A DNA stretch of 64,000 bases, from positions 1,178,001 to 1,242,000 of the forward strand of contig CM039002.1 of NCBI GenBank assembly GCA_017499595.2, in the 5' to 3' direction. Below are positions 48,300 to 63,027 of the stretch, piece after piece. Below the pieces are notes generated by a model, which did not search any database, was not told where the DNA came from, and saw nothing but the letters and a program-made list of their open reading frames with translations. Positions within the stretch are counted from its first letter, which is position 1. Every line of letters starts with the position of its first letter. Both the position numbers and the translations under genes were made by a program. Source of the DNA: Psilocybe cubensis. Lineage: Eukaryota.

Positions 48300-50697
48300 T
48301 CAGGGAGACTGGCAGTTTGGGATTTTTATTCCGTTCTTCAGGGTTCGGCTGTCGTGGATCTGGTAAGCAAAGTAGTTATACATTCACAACACCAGAAAGA
48401 CTCACTCTTGATTGAAAAGTCCCCACCATCCTTCGACACCGCCGAATTGCTTGTCCTAGACAGGAAGGTACCGTCAGTACGGGATATCACTACAGAACCG
48501 TATAGCATCAGTCAACTGACTTTCCAGTCCTCATCAGCGAACTAAATACACAAAGGTCAGCTTAGTTCTCGCCAGACAGTGTCAAAAACCCACTTCGAAG
48601 AAGAAGTATTGTGTACCATTCGCGTTAGCCTGGCATACAAAGGTGTCAAGGAATGTCTACCATTCAAAAATAGATTAGCATTTCGATCAAACGGCGGGCT
48701 TGAACGACCGACCTGGAGACCGGCAACAGATGCGGGTGATCCTCCCAGTGAATTGGCGTGAGCAGCATCCGATGATTTCTGCGCAACCAAAGTAAAACAA
48801 AATCAGAATCATCGGAAAAAATGAAATTCAAACTCACAGTTGGCCATCCAGTCTCAGCGATATACATCTGCGGCCTGTTAGGCAAGGTGTTAGCTAAATC
48901 CACATCCTGGTTCTGGAAGAAGTCAGCTGTCCAAGCAGCAGATGCGTCAACAGTAACACCATCTGCAAACCAAGGATGCACATTTGCCATCTAATATGGA
49001 GTAGGTAAACGCTGCATATCGTTTGATAAAAGGAAAAGCGCACTCCGTAGTCAACAGCCTCCAAGATTTTATTATTAAAGTAGCTACCAGCATCGGAGTT
49101 ACCCACGGGGATGCTGACACCTAATGATTGAAGCATGGCTCGAGTATCCTGAATATCAGGAACCAAGATGGCAGCGGCCTGGTCACCCTGTGCGCTGTTG
49201 GGGTCTTGATTACCGTTTGTTAGGAAGCTTAAGCGAAAGGTTAATTTGTCAGTATAAGATAGAAACACACGGGAGTGCGACTCACTTGAGAACAAATTCG
49301 TTTCCAACAGTGATTCCTCCGATGTTGTCCGTGCCATACGTTTGAATGGCTTGTTTGATGGTGTCTCGTTGGCGGTTGTATGCCGCATTGTTATCCGTCG
49401 CAATTACATAGTTTCCTAACCAAACTTTCATGTTGACCTTGGTTTGCTTAATCGCTTCAAGCTGTAGTCAAATATCAGTTATGATGGGGTCAACGGTAGA
49501 TGCCCCAAGATGCACATACCACCAAAGCAGATTGATTGCAGTCAGCACCATAAAGGCGGATACGCTGAAAGACAAAAAATGCATAAAGATTGGAAGTTGA
49601 GCATAATCTTGAAATAAATGTACGCACAGTAGTTAATTGCGACATGATCTTGAGCACGATTGAGTTGGTGATCTAAAAATAGACGCTGGTAACACACCTG
49701 GATGTCTTGGATCACGGCAGCTGTTTATGTACAAAATCATTTCGTTTAGTCACTTTGAACAAATCCTGATACAGCAACGCCCGCGATGCCCACCTAAAGA
49801 GTTTCCACAGTCCGGCGTCTGCGAACCAACCGGAGTGTATGCCATCCCCCAGAATGCTTGATGGAAATTTGGGTCTTTGGTGAACTTGCTCGGATCGCCA
49901 GGATCTGTCTGTTGCACAGTAGAGTTTGACGAGACTCCAGAGACAGACGAAGACAAGTTGTTGTTGTTTTTCTTGTTGTGGGACACAACAATCCCAACTG
50001 CAATGGCAATGACAGCAATACCTATCAAACCGACAATGGTCCCCATAATCTATGGTTAAAGAAATACTTGAGACCCCCGCTATGACTGTAACCGGAAGAC
50101 GACGCTTACGATCCACATTTTACGCTTTCCCTTCGGGGGCTGAGGCTCCATCCACCTTGACCCTGGGGTGTAGGCTCCTAGTTTGGGCTCGCTGCTTCCT
50201 ACATGGTTCACTGAATTCAAGTCACTGTACCCTCCCGGTGCAGCCATGCCTTGCCTACTCGGCGGAGGGGTTCCGAATGGATTTTGGGACGCCAGATTGT
50301 CGGTGGATTCTGCAGAGAAAGGTTGATTTGCACCCAACGGTGTATAGGTCCCAGAACCTGAGGCAGCCGTGGGTCTCAGTGGGATGTTGTTGAAGCCTGC
50401 TTGAGATCGCCCTGCGTTGGAAGGTGACCGACTGGTCTGTAAAAGAGGGTGGGAGAGGTTAGAAACAAGGCTCCGAAGAGGGAAGGCAACTTGAAAAGCT
50501 ATGACGATCGGTCAGCCGGCCGCACGCAATAGTGTGGCCTCAAATGGCCGTGTAGTTGAACAAAGCGGCACGTTATGGATTCAAAATGAAAGCTCCAAGT
50601 ACTCAAATAGCCACGACAGGACACTGACTTGGTAGTATTCGTTGAGATCTGATGAACTTTGATTTGGTTCAAACGGATTGTCGCGATATGCCTGCAT
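48300..50697 (-). CDS. Membrane-anchored GH17 beta-1,3-glucanase/transglucosylase (BtgC-like)
   Basis: Disordered N-terminus, TM GTIVGLIGIAVIAIAVGIVV, FWGMAYTP, RLYGADCNQ, ITVGNE, MANVHPWF, IAETGWPT, GVEGWWGLF. Confidence 0.9.
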
Positions 50698-51218
50698 GAT
50701 GGGGACAGAAGTTCAAGAAAAAGGGTAGGGAGGGGGTGATAGAAGGGAAAGCGGAGGGGGAAAAGGGTGTAGATTGGCAATGGAGGTAAGAGAGAACAAC
50801 AGAGGACACCTGCATGCGAGTGTTATGCCGCAGGTCATCCCAAAATAATCCCCGTTGTTCCTTTGCCACAGCGGTCTGCCTAGCCGCAGTCATCGGACAC
50901 GTTCTATTTATAGCCAATAGCCTAGTTTATACTTGGTCCAGTACAACGTAGAGAGCACCAACGAAATACACGCCTACTCCATTATATGAGACTGAAATAC
51001 CGAAAATAAACGAACTATGTACATGATAAAATAGACAGCATGATAAAAGTGTGGTTGTGGTAGTATGGTAATATGATACAACACGAGAGCAAAAGCATTG
51101 ACAGCAGAGCGCTAAGCAACTGTCGTACAGCCCACTCAGCATTTAGGCGGTAAAAAGAGGCAGATAGTCAAAGATGGTGGATCGGTAGATCGACATTATG
51201 TCGGCGACAGTCATTCAA

Positions 51219-54200
51219 CTATCTTTGCCCGGCCCTTTCTTCGTTATATCGCCTTAATGCATCTATTTCGTATGCCATATGCCCTGGGTGAGCAAGGCCT
51301 GGGGCAGCCAACTGAACTGGGACCCGACGGGCGGCAGCCATTCGTTGTTGTTCCGCTTGTTGTGGTTCATGAGCAAGAATCATCGCTTCTGCGCGCTGGA
51401 GAAAATTATCCGCTGCCGGCTCAACCACCTCCATACGCTGCTGTATACCACCCTGTGGGCCTGCCAAGATTTGTGGAAAATTATTATAGTTAATACCTTG
51501 TAGAGCCCCCATACCCGCTGGTGGCACCACAAAACGATCCTGGCGTTGTTGTTGCTGTAACCCAAGCGCCCGCTGTTGCGCGAGTTGTCGTTCCTGGACA
51601 ATCCGTTCTGCCAGCTGCTGCTGCAAAGCTACGCGTTGTTGTTCCAGTTGCGCATACTGCACAGCAAAATTTCCGACTGCGTTTCTGTGCTCTTGGACAG
51701 GCTGAATGCGCGCCTGCGCCTCTTGTTGCTGTTGTTGTATCTGTTGTTGTTGTTGCTGCTGCTGCTGTTGCTCCGCGAGCCTCAGTTGGTATTCTCTGTG
51801 TTGTTGGGCAATTCTGGCAAGTCGTGTCTGGCGAGCAGCTGGGTTTTCCACACGTGCTGGAAACACTTGAATGCCTGGGTGTACCATGGGTCGTGCGACT
51901 TCGTTGCCAACTTGCTGCCCTGGCAATGCACCCATTAAAATGGGCCCGCGCACTGCTGCTTGCGGTGCAATCCCTCTCAACAATGCATCATGTGGCAAAT
52001 GAGGCGCATGATTTAGGCGAACAATTTGTGGGGCAGGGGCAGGAGGAGGAACAGCAGGAAGATCAATTTTAATGCCTTCATCGCTGACTTCAGGATGGTC
52101 TCGCTTATACTCTGCCGCTGCTTTCTCCGCCGCCGCTCTGACCTAATCACAAAGTTGACTCCATTTGTTCACTTTAGCAATTTAGATTAAAACTAAAAAG
52201 ACATACCTCGAGTGCATGACGTTCTTCCACATTATCCCACAATCGACATTTTCCTGCTGACTTCGAAGTGGACGGTTGGCCTGGCATCTAGAAATGAAGT
52301 AGCCACATTTTAGTTTGGGTACTAACCAGATCACCTCCGGGATAACAAAGATACTTACCTGATCGAAGTGTTGGTATCCATCGATGACCTTTCGACATAC
52401 ATAGCACGAAAGAGTTCGGCAATGTGGGCAGGTCATTTTATTACACTGTCGAAGTAGTTGAGTTATTACAACAGTCATAACGATCATAAGTATATTGCCT
52501 ACCCCTGTTTCCTTAACAAAGGCTAGTGAAATGGTCAATAACATAAGAACATCTGGAGGATATTAAACGACCACAAACCTTTATTGCATTTAGGACAGTT
52601 TCGCATCAATGCCCGAGCTACGCCCAAAATAATCAGAAAATATTTCAAATAATATAAGGACATCATACTCATTGCCTCCTCAATCGCGTGCCTTCCGTCG
52701 AGCACTTTGTCCTCTTCGGCCTCTAAAACAAGGATGTGTAAGTGATACATATACCAGAGTGCAGAAAAAACTCGAACCTTTGCAGCTTTTGGGAAGATGA
52801 TCCTGTGCAGAAAAAACAGAAGATTATGTGGTAGTAATGAATATGGTTTCCATAATCCGTTTGATAACAATGGCAGACCTTCTTTTTACAACTTCTGCAA
52901 CTAACCACTCCACACCCGCCCTCCTCGTTGCCACACCGGAACAGTTTTTCTTCCTCATTGGAAGCTTCCAAAACGCATTTCCATTCACAAAAAGGACACT
53001 CTTCCAAACCTTCCAAACCTGCCGCCTCGATTTCCTTTTGCTGCTTGACGCGCTCATACAAGCTCATCAATTTGGGTGAAAGGATGCGGCGTAGCTCAGA
53101 CTCAGTGAAAGGGAGCGAACATCCAGAAGCATGCATGCATAGTATAAGGTGATTATGTTCCCCAAGTTTCGTGGCGGCATATTGGGAAACACAACTGCTG
53201 CAGAACAGGTGGGCTTCTGGACACTGCACCATTCTATCCTACAAGTTGAGAGAATAGATAAAATAAATAAATAAAAAAGAAAGCGTACACAATGACATCA
53301 CTTACGAAAGCGTATTCTGAAAAGCAGCATTGACATTCGATGCCAGTGCCATCTTCCAAAGGAATATCTTCTATTTCCCCTTCATCTTTTTCCTTTCCCT
53401 TTCCCTTTCCTGACAACCCCGCCTCGTCTGAAATGGCAGTTCCAACAACCCCCAGCTTGGTCTCAGTCGGATCTTGCAGATGTTCAATTAACCATTTCCT
53501 TTCCTCGGCAAACTCTTTGTCAGATCGGCGTCCATGAATTCGAAGGTCTTTTGAAGGATTATAACGCATGGTTTTTGGGATATACGGAAGGAATCGATGG
53601 GGATTGTGGGCGTCATCTGCGTAAGCTTTGTGCAATGCTGCCACTGCAAAATGGGTCGGAGCATATAAACCATTGTTTTGCTCGAGAGTGCGACGTAAAA
53701 AAGGTTTCGGTACAAGAGGAAAGCTCAGTTGGAGGTGAATCTACATAAAAAGGTTTGTTAGTGTTGGCTCTTATACCAATGAAGTCAGATTTAGAACGTG
53801 AATGGTATAGGAGAAGATGAGGTGGACAGAAACGCGACTAACCAGTGCAAATTCATGATACACAGGGCTGTTGACGTTTCTTTCTTTACTAGCATAATCA
53901 ACTTTCATCTTTTTCTGAGGATTCTCAGAATCATGATGTACCGTGGCCTTTCTTTTTCCCTTACTCCTATCGACACGAGGGTATCCACCATTTTCGAAAA
54001 GTAAGCCTAGGATGTGCTCTGTAGTCTGAGCACCAAAATTGGGTAGGTGAGTTTCGACCAGCCCACGGAGATAGTCCGGGTCCACATCAGGCATTATCTC
54101 AAGAACTTGAGCGATGACTTTAACCATAGGATCTCCTTGTGATTGGGGTCCATGTTCAGGCTGGACTTGGACAACAGGCTCGGCTATATGACGAGGGAGG

Positions 54201-54997
54201 TTCTGTGGAGGAGGTACAGCAGGAATGGGCTGATGAACTGGCACAGGAATGGGTGGCACAATTTGGTGAACTTCAGGCATATGTGGGTGTGGCACAGGTG
54301 CTGCAACGGGCGCAACGCCTGCAAGAGGAGCTTCTAGTCGCTGCCTTGCACGTTTGTCTTCTTCATGAAACTGTTGGAGATATTGATCCATTTCTAAATC
54401 CAAATTATCGTCCAAAACCAGCGCATTCATGCCTGGTTCTACAATTTCCGCCCTATTATTAGGGATAGTATCGACATCTACCACAGGCGGTTTGTTTTCT
54501 TCGTCGCTCTGGGATGGAAGAAAAAGCGTAGGCTGCGGCGCTTTCCTTTTTTTCTGCGAACCTGAAGTTGAACCTGAACCAGACGCGACGGGGATATTCT
54601 CCAACGATGCTGCCACAGGCAATGCAGCAAGTGCAGAATTTGATCGTTGGGGTGATACTATAGGGAAAGGTTTGGGTCTGGGACGCGATGGACCTGCCTG
54701 AGCTTGGTCGTTTGTCTGAATTTGACTTTGCGGTACGCTGGGACCTGGCTGCTCAGAATCCGACTCGGAATCCGTCAGTTCAATAACAGGTCCCATTATC
54801 ACCTTACCAGTCTTTTTATTAGACTTTGCCTTTGCCTTCCCCTTTCCTTTTCCTGATACATTCGCCTGACCAGAAGTTGTTCGTGACCTGGAAGCTGACT
54901 TAACAAACCCAGGTTCAGTAGGCTCCGGAGAAGAGCCAATGTCAATGACTATTTGAGCACCACGTTTTGCGCCAACAGGCTTCGCTTGAATTGACAT
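51219..54997 (-). CDS. RBR-type E3 ubiquitin ligase (RNF216/TRIAD3-like) with Q-rich tail
   Basis: CUE-like VLEIMPDVDPDYL; RING1 CQCC..CPEAHLFCSSC; IBR CPFC..CGVVSCRSC..HLPKSC; RING2 CPKC..CNKMTCPHCRTLSCYVC; poly-Q near 51720-51770. Confidence 0.88.
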
Positions 54998-56288
54998 GTT
55001 TAACCAAACGATAAAGTCGTTGGTCGCACAAGGGACAGTGTGCTTGATTCAGGAGGGACGACTGACTCGTGCAAAGTCTCAAATTAGAGTGGCACCTTCA
55101 ATAATGGGGGCAGGCAAGCACGAGGATATGAGTGAATGGTGACGATTACAACGAGTCTTCAATTCGATATGATATCTGGAGCAAAATAATTGGATATGAA
55201 ATATAAAGAGAGTAGGAGCGACTGCCGAGCAAAAACAAGATATTTAGCGAGAGGTAATACTTGAAGTGAACAAAAAGTCATTCACCAGCCAGACATGCGA
55301 TAATAAACAGTGAATCTTGAAGTCTTCAAAATTATCTGCTCCGTCTTCTTATCTGATAACTAGAAAAGCAGAAAATCCAGTGAAAGCAGGTAAAAAAAGA
55401 AGTGGTGGCGTGTGTGCAACTATGAAGCGCTGGTCATCATGGTAAGTGCTCAAAATAGGGATTTGCCGACCGGTGCTGGACCCTGGCTAGACCGGTGCCG
55501 GTATCCCGATTTCTCACCCATGGGCACCAGAGCCTCCAATTAAATATGCCACCCGAGTCCGAGCTTTACGCTACCATCTCCAATTCACATATGGTAAATA
55601 ATCACAGACGCTCTCTCAAAGCATTTATACGTTGGGAGAATACTCTTCGACATTTCGATTATCTACGAAATTAAATTCAACGTAAAAATCATATACATAA
55701 ACAAATCGTCAAAATGCATGGGTGCTACGAAACACTGTAGTAGGTAAGGCAGACAAGTAGGTAATATGTAGTATGATAAATAGTAATCATCCGTGTAATG
55801 ATCGTAACCATGAAAATGCGTGGCGCTAACCAATGAAGTAAAGTACGAGCAGAAACCATTAACAAAGTATACCAAAAATCATTAAGAGAAAGACAAAAAG
55901 AGAAAAAAATATAACTGTTCACGTATTGGCATACTATAATACAGTAAGGCAGGGTAAAAAGTATACGTCCAGCAGATGGGTATGAATCGTTTCAAGGTCT
56001 TAAGAATCGTCATATATGTAGTGCTACAGCATGTTAAGAAGGATCGGTGCATCCGACAACCATGAAGTGTCAAATGATCCTCTTCGATTGTCCAGAAAAC
56101 AAAAAATGATGACTCAAAGAAAGGAAAAGAAAGGTTTGCGAAAAAAAACACTGACTCAGAAATATCAGATGATTCAGATCCGGAGCCTGAAAAATACGGT
56201 GGACATCCACACAAGAGCAAGGCAAGGCTGTCGCAGTAGAGGGCCTGAAATACTGAATAGCAATCTTTCGCGAGTCGCCGTTGGGTTT

Positions 56289-59140
56289 TCAAATATTTGC
56301 TGTGATTGCCACGGCTTGGTGGGGGGGAATGGGAGAAATGCCAGAGCCAGAGCCTCTTCTCTGCTTCTTCAAGACTCTCTTTGTCCTGGAATCATTGCCC
56401 TCTCTTGTCCCTTCTTGCTCCAGGACACCGTGGCTGGCCTTTGCAAAGCTTGATGGTGGGATTCCTTGCGACATGACCGCCGTGTCTGTATCGGTAGCAC
56501 TTCCTTTTTTTCTCGAAGGAAGTGTTTTACTTCGCATGACTGTTGCACCTCCGGAAGTTTTATCACAGTCCTGTTCAGTTGAGGCACCCCCTCTAGCAAT
56601 GAGTTCTTAAGGAACAGTTCCATAAGTAACGATTGAAAAAAATACATATTGATAGTACTCACCACTGGGATCAACAGCCGTTCGCCGCCTGATCATTTTC
56701 AATGTTGCACCTTTATCCTTCTTTCCCAATACCATAAACCCTGTCCCTGTAGAACCCTGAGAACGCCCATTAGCAGGCACCGCTGCAAACCCTTTCGAAA
56801 CTAACTTCCATCCACCTCCAACCCCTGAAACCTCTTCCCCAGACGAAGGAATGACCATAAATTCATCGACGTCAGATGACCCCGATCCAAGTGGTGAAGA
56901 AGGTATGGGTGGAAGACTGCTAGATATTGGTGGCTCATAAGGGTGTGTTTGTGTATGCGAGAAGCGGGCGTGGATGGGGGCATTAAAAGTAACATGGTTA
57001 GCAGTGTTGAACGCAAGAGGAGACGGATAAGCGGGTGTCTTGGAAGATGGGCGTGGGTGTGATGATGATTTCGTAGGTGCTTGGTCCGCTGAGGTCGACC
57101 TTGTATGCGGCTGACGGTGATGGGGAATAATGGGAAACACGGGTGATGATGGAGACGGGGGTTGTGAAGAATGAGGACTCGATGGTTGCGAAGACATATT
57201 TTCTGTCAAATAACCTTTCGCGGTGGCTTTCTGCGATACTGGCTGAGATTGTGAATGCTGCTGCATCGGTGGTCTCGAAGCCCAGTTAGGATTTATATTT
57301 TCATTGGATATAGGGCTTGGAGGTGAGTGGGATAACGATCTTTGCCGCTGATGCCACTGGGTTGGCTGGTTTGGCGGTGACTTCGTTGTGCTTCCTAGCC
57401 ACGGTGTGATTAAAGGAGAGACTGGGGTTATTGAAGGGAGCGGCCCACTGGGTCCGCTCACTACACGGTGTCGTCCAACCGACTCCATTTGGGGTGAACT
57501 TGATTTCGAAGGCCCTGCCTCAGCATTAGTATACGCGTTTGCTTGTCGTGTCACCTGATTTGACCCTGCATTCTGTCCAGCTAGTGGGGTACTGTTATTG
57601 TCCATAGAAGCACCAGTCCCTCGTCTACTAGGCCCAGGGGTATTGGAACCTTCATGCCATTTGCCTCCGGGTCCTGACCCACCTTGCCCTCCACTACCGC
57701 TCGGACCCGCACCTCCACCTTCGAAAGTGGTGACACTGCTGCTCGGAGGAGGAGATATATCCAGCATGAACCAATCTTGCTGGGCAATGAGGAACTCCAG
57801 CACTCGCTGGCTGAGAGCGTGTTCTTGGGGTGACATTTCGTGCTGAGGGTGGGAAAGAATTCCGGGACGGAAGATGACTGCCAGATCTAACAAGGGAGAT
57901 TGATAATGAAAAGTTTGAATAGTGATGCAACTGGTAAATACACACTGGTAGCCGTCATCAGGTTCTTGTCACTTTTCCTAGCAAAAACAGATAACAAGTC
58001 AAGGACATAGAGCAGTAGGTATTGGTTGGGCCGAGGCATTTTCCGAATAAGGGACTTGTAGGTGGAAATGACTTCTTCTTGATTGAAAGGTTTTTTCGCT
58101 TTCAACGATATAATATAAGATTTAACACGAGACGAAAAAGCAACTACTCACAAAGAGCATCGCGAAACTGTCATGGACATGTTTATCAGTTGCTTGCACT
58201 TGATACAAAAAATAAACGAACAAGATGGTACATATCGTAAGGTATCACTGGTTCCTAAGGGCAGAAATTAATTAAGCTCGTGTTGAGAACTCTCGGAAGA
58301 ATCAAGCTTACCGGCATTTGAGTCAGGTATCTCCGAAAAACACTGGCAACATCATGGGTAGTATATGTTTCCTGTTTCCAATCTAGGGATTTGCCGTACT
58401 AAACAGGAACATCAATGTCGACGTATAAACTCGAAAGGAAAGAAGGAATGGCTTGCTGAACACGGTGCATCCGATACGGATGCCCGGAAGTTTATCGAAC
58501 AGAATGACGAGCATGGGCAAAGGGGATGGGAGCAGCTAGAAGCATGTATGAATCAAACTTACGCGAGGTGGGGATTCGAATATAGCTTGAAGATCCCGCA
58601 TACGTTTGTTGGAGCCATTGACGCGGAACGTCCCTGGTACTTCGGTGGCTATATGGATGGGGAAACAAAGAGGAAGGAACAGAATTGAGATCATGGAACG
58701 AAACAGAAAAAGGTGTTATCGACAGACCATTTTCCTTGAGATACAGACCGCTACTCGCTTTGTGAGGACGAACAGGGGGATCAAAGAAGTGGCGAACTCA
58801 CCATTTAGCAACGACCACTGGGATATAACCCCATACATATAGATCGCCATTCGCATTCGCTGTCGAGATCTGCACACTGGCATAGCGGAGACTCTCCTTG
58901 AGGGGCTTTCCAAAGACAGGATGATCCGCAGTGTCATGAGCTGGAAACAAACATACGACATGCGGAGAGATTGGTGGAATGTTTATGTGGAATCAAATAG
59001 AGCGGCGGACCTTTATAGGGAGCAGTCATAGCACTAAGGTCCTTCTTCGGCTTCGAAATGAGGGCGAAATGGTTCCACCAAGACTTGTGATTCTGCTTAT
59101 TCTGGGCTGGCTGACGAAACTGGGACTGTGGTTGGAGCAT
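56289..59140 (-). CDS. Rho GTPase-activating protein (Sac7/Bag7-like); start may lie up to ~59518
   Basis: GYIPVVVAKCGLYLKEN, GTFRVNGSNKRMRDLQ, HDVASVFRRYLTQMPEPVIP, NQYLLLYVLDLLSVFARKSDKNLMTA, LAVIFRPGIL. Long S/P-rich tail; a 16-nt exon at 58152-58167. Confidence 0.88.
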
Positions 59141-59631
59141 GGCGGGATCGTGGTTGGACTGAAGAGAGAGCAGGGGCGGAGGAGAGTGGTGTGTTGTTGA
59201 TTCTTGTTGATGTTGTTGCTGTGACGGCAGCGGGGCAAGTGAGGAGACAGGCGTGCTGGAAGGCGAGGCAGTTATAACTGGAATTGGCGGTATATTTATC
59301 GTTGCTCTTTCGTCCTGGTGCGGCTCGCGGTGACCTGACTCGCTCTGCTCGAGCTGCACGGACCCTGGATCTGTGTTTCTGCGCACCGGACGCTTCAGTC
59401 GAATCAAGGCGCCGACCTTTGCAGCAAGCCCAGATCTGGGGGCCTTTGGAGGAGTATTGAACGCCAGGATGAGTGGGAGAACAGAAGGAAGAAATGCACG
59501 GCCACAGCTCTCCTCCATCCTCACTCCAGTCGTGACTTCCCCGCTCCACAGCCACAATATCACTTTTGTTTCCGCTGCGCTTGGCGCGAATTCAACTTTG
59601 CCATTCCGTTAACTCTACATAAGCATACAAT

Positions 59632-62319
59632 TTATTTACTGCCTCCATATTCTCCCTTCATCTCCTCCGCAAGTTTCTCTGCTATCGCAAAGCATCCCCC
59701 AGCCTGGTTCATTTCTCCGTTGAGACAGCTGTCCATATGTCCAAGTAATCGCAAACTCACTGTATGTCCAGAAATAATCCATGGAAACACGCTGGCGTCG
59801 CACACCCTTAGTCCATCAACACCGTACACCCTCAGTTTCCCGTCAACCACCCCGCCGTCTTCTTTTGGTGCCATGCGGCATGTCGAAGCCGGGTGGTAAA
59901 CAGTCTCAACTCGTTCACGGACCAATGCGTTGATCTCATCGTCGGAACGTAGGTGCAGCTGGTGGTCAAAGTCGGTCCTCGTGAATGTGCTATCGAGGTG
60001 AGATGCAAGCGGGTCAGCTTGAGCGATACGAAGTGCGAGTTTCACCCCTCGAGCGAGTTTTGCCACGTCTTCGGGTGCCGAGAGGTAGCTGAGCGTTAGA
60101 TTTAGTATGCAGAAAGACAAGAATAGGTGCGCGTGCTATACTTGGGATTGACGCTGGGCAGAGCCCATGGGCTTCTCGATTTTAAAAGCACTTCTCCGTG
60201 ACTCATGGGCCTATGAGCCGCGCTTCAGTTTATTTTAATCATCGGTTTGCAACGGCGTCGCCTACCGTAATAAATAGATATGCAGGCCATATGTATGGAC
60301 GTCGAAAAAGGCTTGTCCGTGTTCCTGTATGAACTATTTGGCATTCTGGAGGTCGCAATAAATAAGATAGACATCTACCTTGTAGGCGAATGGGGTCGAG
60401 AAAATCTCCAAGTCAGGACTGTCCGCCGCCGATGTACTGTCGACCAATTTGTCTGGAAATTCGGCCTTAGGGAATAGACGCGGGTCGTCCGAGCGAACAA
60501 ACGCCGCCGATTCCCCAAACTAGATGATAATGTTAGACTAGACTTCGGACGCCAGTACAAATATACAATGCACATTCATAGCCAGTGGACCACCCTTGCC
60601 TAACTTGTATTGTACCACGGCGTTCAAGACTTTCCAGAAATCCTTAAGAGAGCGAGGTTTGAGGTATTTAGCAGAAACATTGTGTTTGTCTTTGAAGAAC
60701 AAATCCACCACGGGATGGTCAACGAGGCGTTTGCCAACTCCAGGCAAATCCAGGATAGGTGTGATGCCGTGTTTCTTCAGGTCTGTAGACGCTCCGATGC
60801 CCGAAAGAAGTAAAATCTAAGTACGTTCCCAGTCAGGTAAAGGACGCGTAGAAAAGACATTAGCCTACGTGAGGTGAGTGAACGGCACCTCCGCTGACAT
60901 ATTGGTCAGCCGAATATAACAAAAGAAGGCTAAGTCGACTTACGAGAGGACCACTTCCTTGCTAGCGAAAGCTTGCCATGTTTGTCCGCCCTCTTTCCGT
61001 CCAAATTCAACACCGATAGCTCTAGGTCTAGGATTTGTTGATTTATCGAATAAGATTCGCGTGACAGTGGCATTGATTGCCACTGTTAGATTAGGTCGCG
61101 CGAGCACCTCCGGTGTCAGATAAGCAGTCTCGGCAGAAACGCGCTTGTAATTTTTGTCTACATAGGTCACTAGAAAATTTTGTTAAAATATGAGTGCTTC
61201 ATGTCGTAAGCAATCACTCACTGATACGACCAGCACCGATCGTCCCATTCTTTCCGTTGAAATCAGCGGTGAAAGGGATCCCAACGGCCACGCAAGATTT
61301 GATGAAAGCATGACTAGCTTTGGTGACGGTGTTGTAAAATCCGACATGAACAGGCCCAGAAAGCCCTCGTGCAGATGCGTCAACTTCTGGATAGTCTGGA
61401 TGAGGTTGGAATGCTTCAAATCTACGGAAATATTGAGAGATGTTTTTCCAAGACCATGAATCGTCCTCAATATAAGTTGCCCACTCGTCGAAGTCTCCGA
61501 ATGCGCCATATTGCGCCCTGTTATTTAAAATGAACAGATGACATCAATTAAAATTAAGAGCATACGTACATCTGGGCGTTGATGGACGAGCCTATACATT
61601 AAGGTTATTAAAGTGTCAAATCGCCATTTGGTAGTAAATAGGAAGGATGATTGATGCTTTCACTTACAACCTCCCAGCATCTTGGCTGACAGCAATCATT
61701 GTTTAAGTATAAAGGACAGTTCAACCTGACATGAGAGCACCTACCCCGAGGCCAAAAGTTTACTTTTCCACCAGCAGCAACTTGCGATTCAGTCCGTAGT
61801 TGATGAACATGCTTCGCGTTGTATAGTAGACGTCCAAATCCTGCTGGAGTACTGCTATCACTCAGTGCCTTGCCGCTAAATAAGGAACGTTAGGCAGGTG
61901 TTGCGGTCAAGATTCAGGCATCAAACGTCACCTTCCACCAGCTTCGAGCAACAAAACGCGAAGATTTGGGTCTTCCGAGAGACGTGCAGCTAGCGCACAC
62001 CCCGACGTTCCTATATTGAGGTTCCAATTAGTTAACCATACGTCAGTAAATGGTACTTCAACATACCTCCACCAACAACGATAATATCATATTGTCCACC
62101 GGGGCCCGATTGACTAGCTACTTCAGTTCGTTGGCCAACCTTGTCGAGATTAGATGTATATCCTTTCGACTTCTTTCCCTGAAAGCACAGACGAAGAAAG
62201 ATGGCTAGTGCTACTCCTGATAAAAATACGTTTTTTGCTCCTGAATACGCATTAAGCTTCTGAAGAATTAGCTGGAGAGCATCTGGGGCAGGTGCAAGAG
62301 TATTAGACGGTGTCGACAT
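59632..62319 (-). CDS. GMC oxidoreductase (AA3 family)
   Basis: FAD-binding YDIIVVGGG..GCALAARLSED..VLLLEAG, WPR-KMLGG-SSINA, ETVYHP, GVVDGKLRVYGVDGLRVCDASVFP, SGHT. N-terminal hydrophobic stretch. Confidence 0.93.
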
Positions 62320-63027
62320 AGTGTACGGGGCCAATGATAATGTTGGGACCGTGGATATTGGTCTTCTAATATATGAGAAATCGGATAAAATCATATGCAT
62401 TTTTGATGGTAATCCAGTCCCTAGATATGTTCTTAATTCATGTTGTGGGAAAGATGCGGGCGCCGTTCAAGGAAAAGCGTTATTAGGATGATGATCATGG
62501 GGTAAAGCAAAATGATATCTTTGCATAATAGTTACTGGCTAGGCCTCCGTGCCTAGAAGGGAATAAATTCCAGGAGGATATTAGACAGCAATCACACTTG
62601 AATAAAATGTAGGCCGAAGAAACATCTCTTTCTTGCTCAGGCGTCAACTGGATAATTTGAAATCGTGTTCTTGAAAGCTTTCATAGATTGTCACTTGACG
62701 CCCTTGTATCACACGGCCAGTTTTGAAAAGAATTACGTCAAATTGGTATGTATGGTGACCAGCAAGGCAGTATTGGGAATCCGAAGGATGATGGACGTGC
62801 TTGGAGGCGTGGACGGTGGAACGGAAACAGAGGAGCCTGGGAACTTTGACGGACCAATGAAGCAAATGGTGTTAACCACGTGCTATCGCGGTGACCCTTA
62901 ATCGCACCAAAAGAGTCATTTTTGTAACCTTTCCGTTGTTTCGAGTCTTTCTTTGTCTGCTCACTTATTCTTCTCTAACGAGCTCAGGCTCAGATATACG
63001 CGCTGTGGGTTGCAATCGCTCTTAAGC

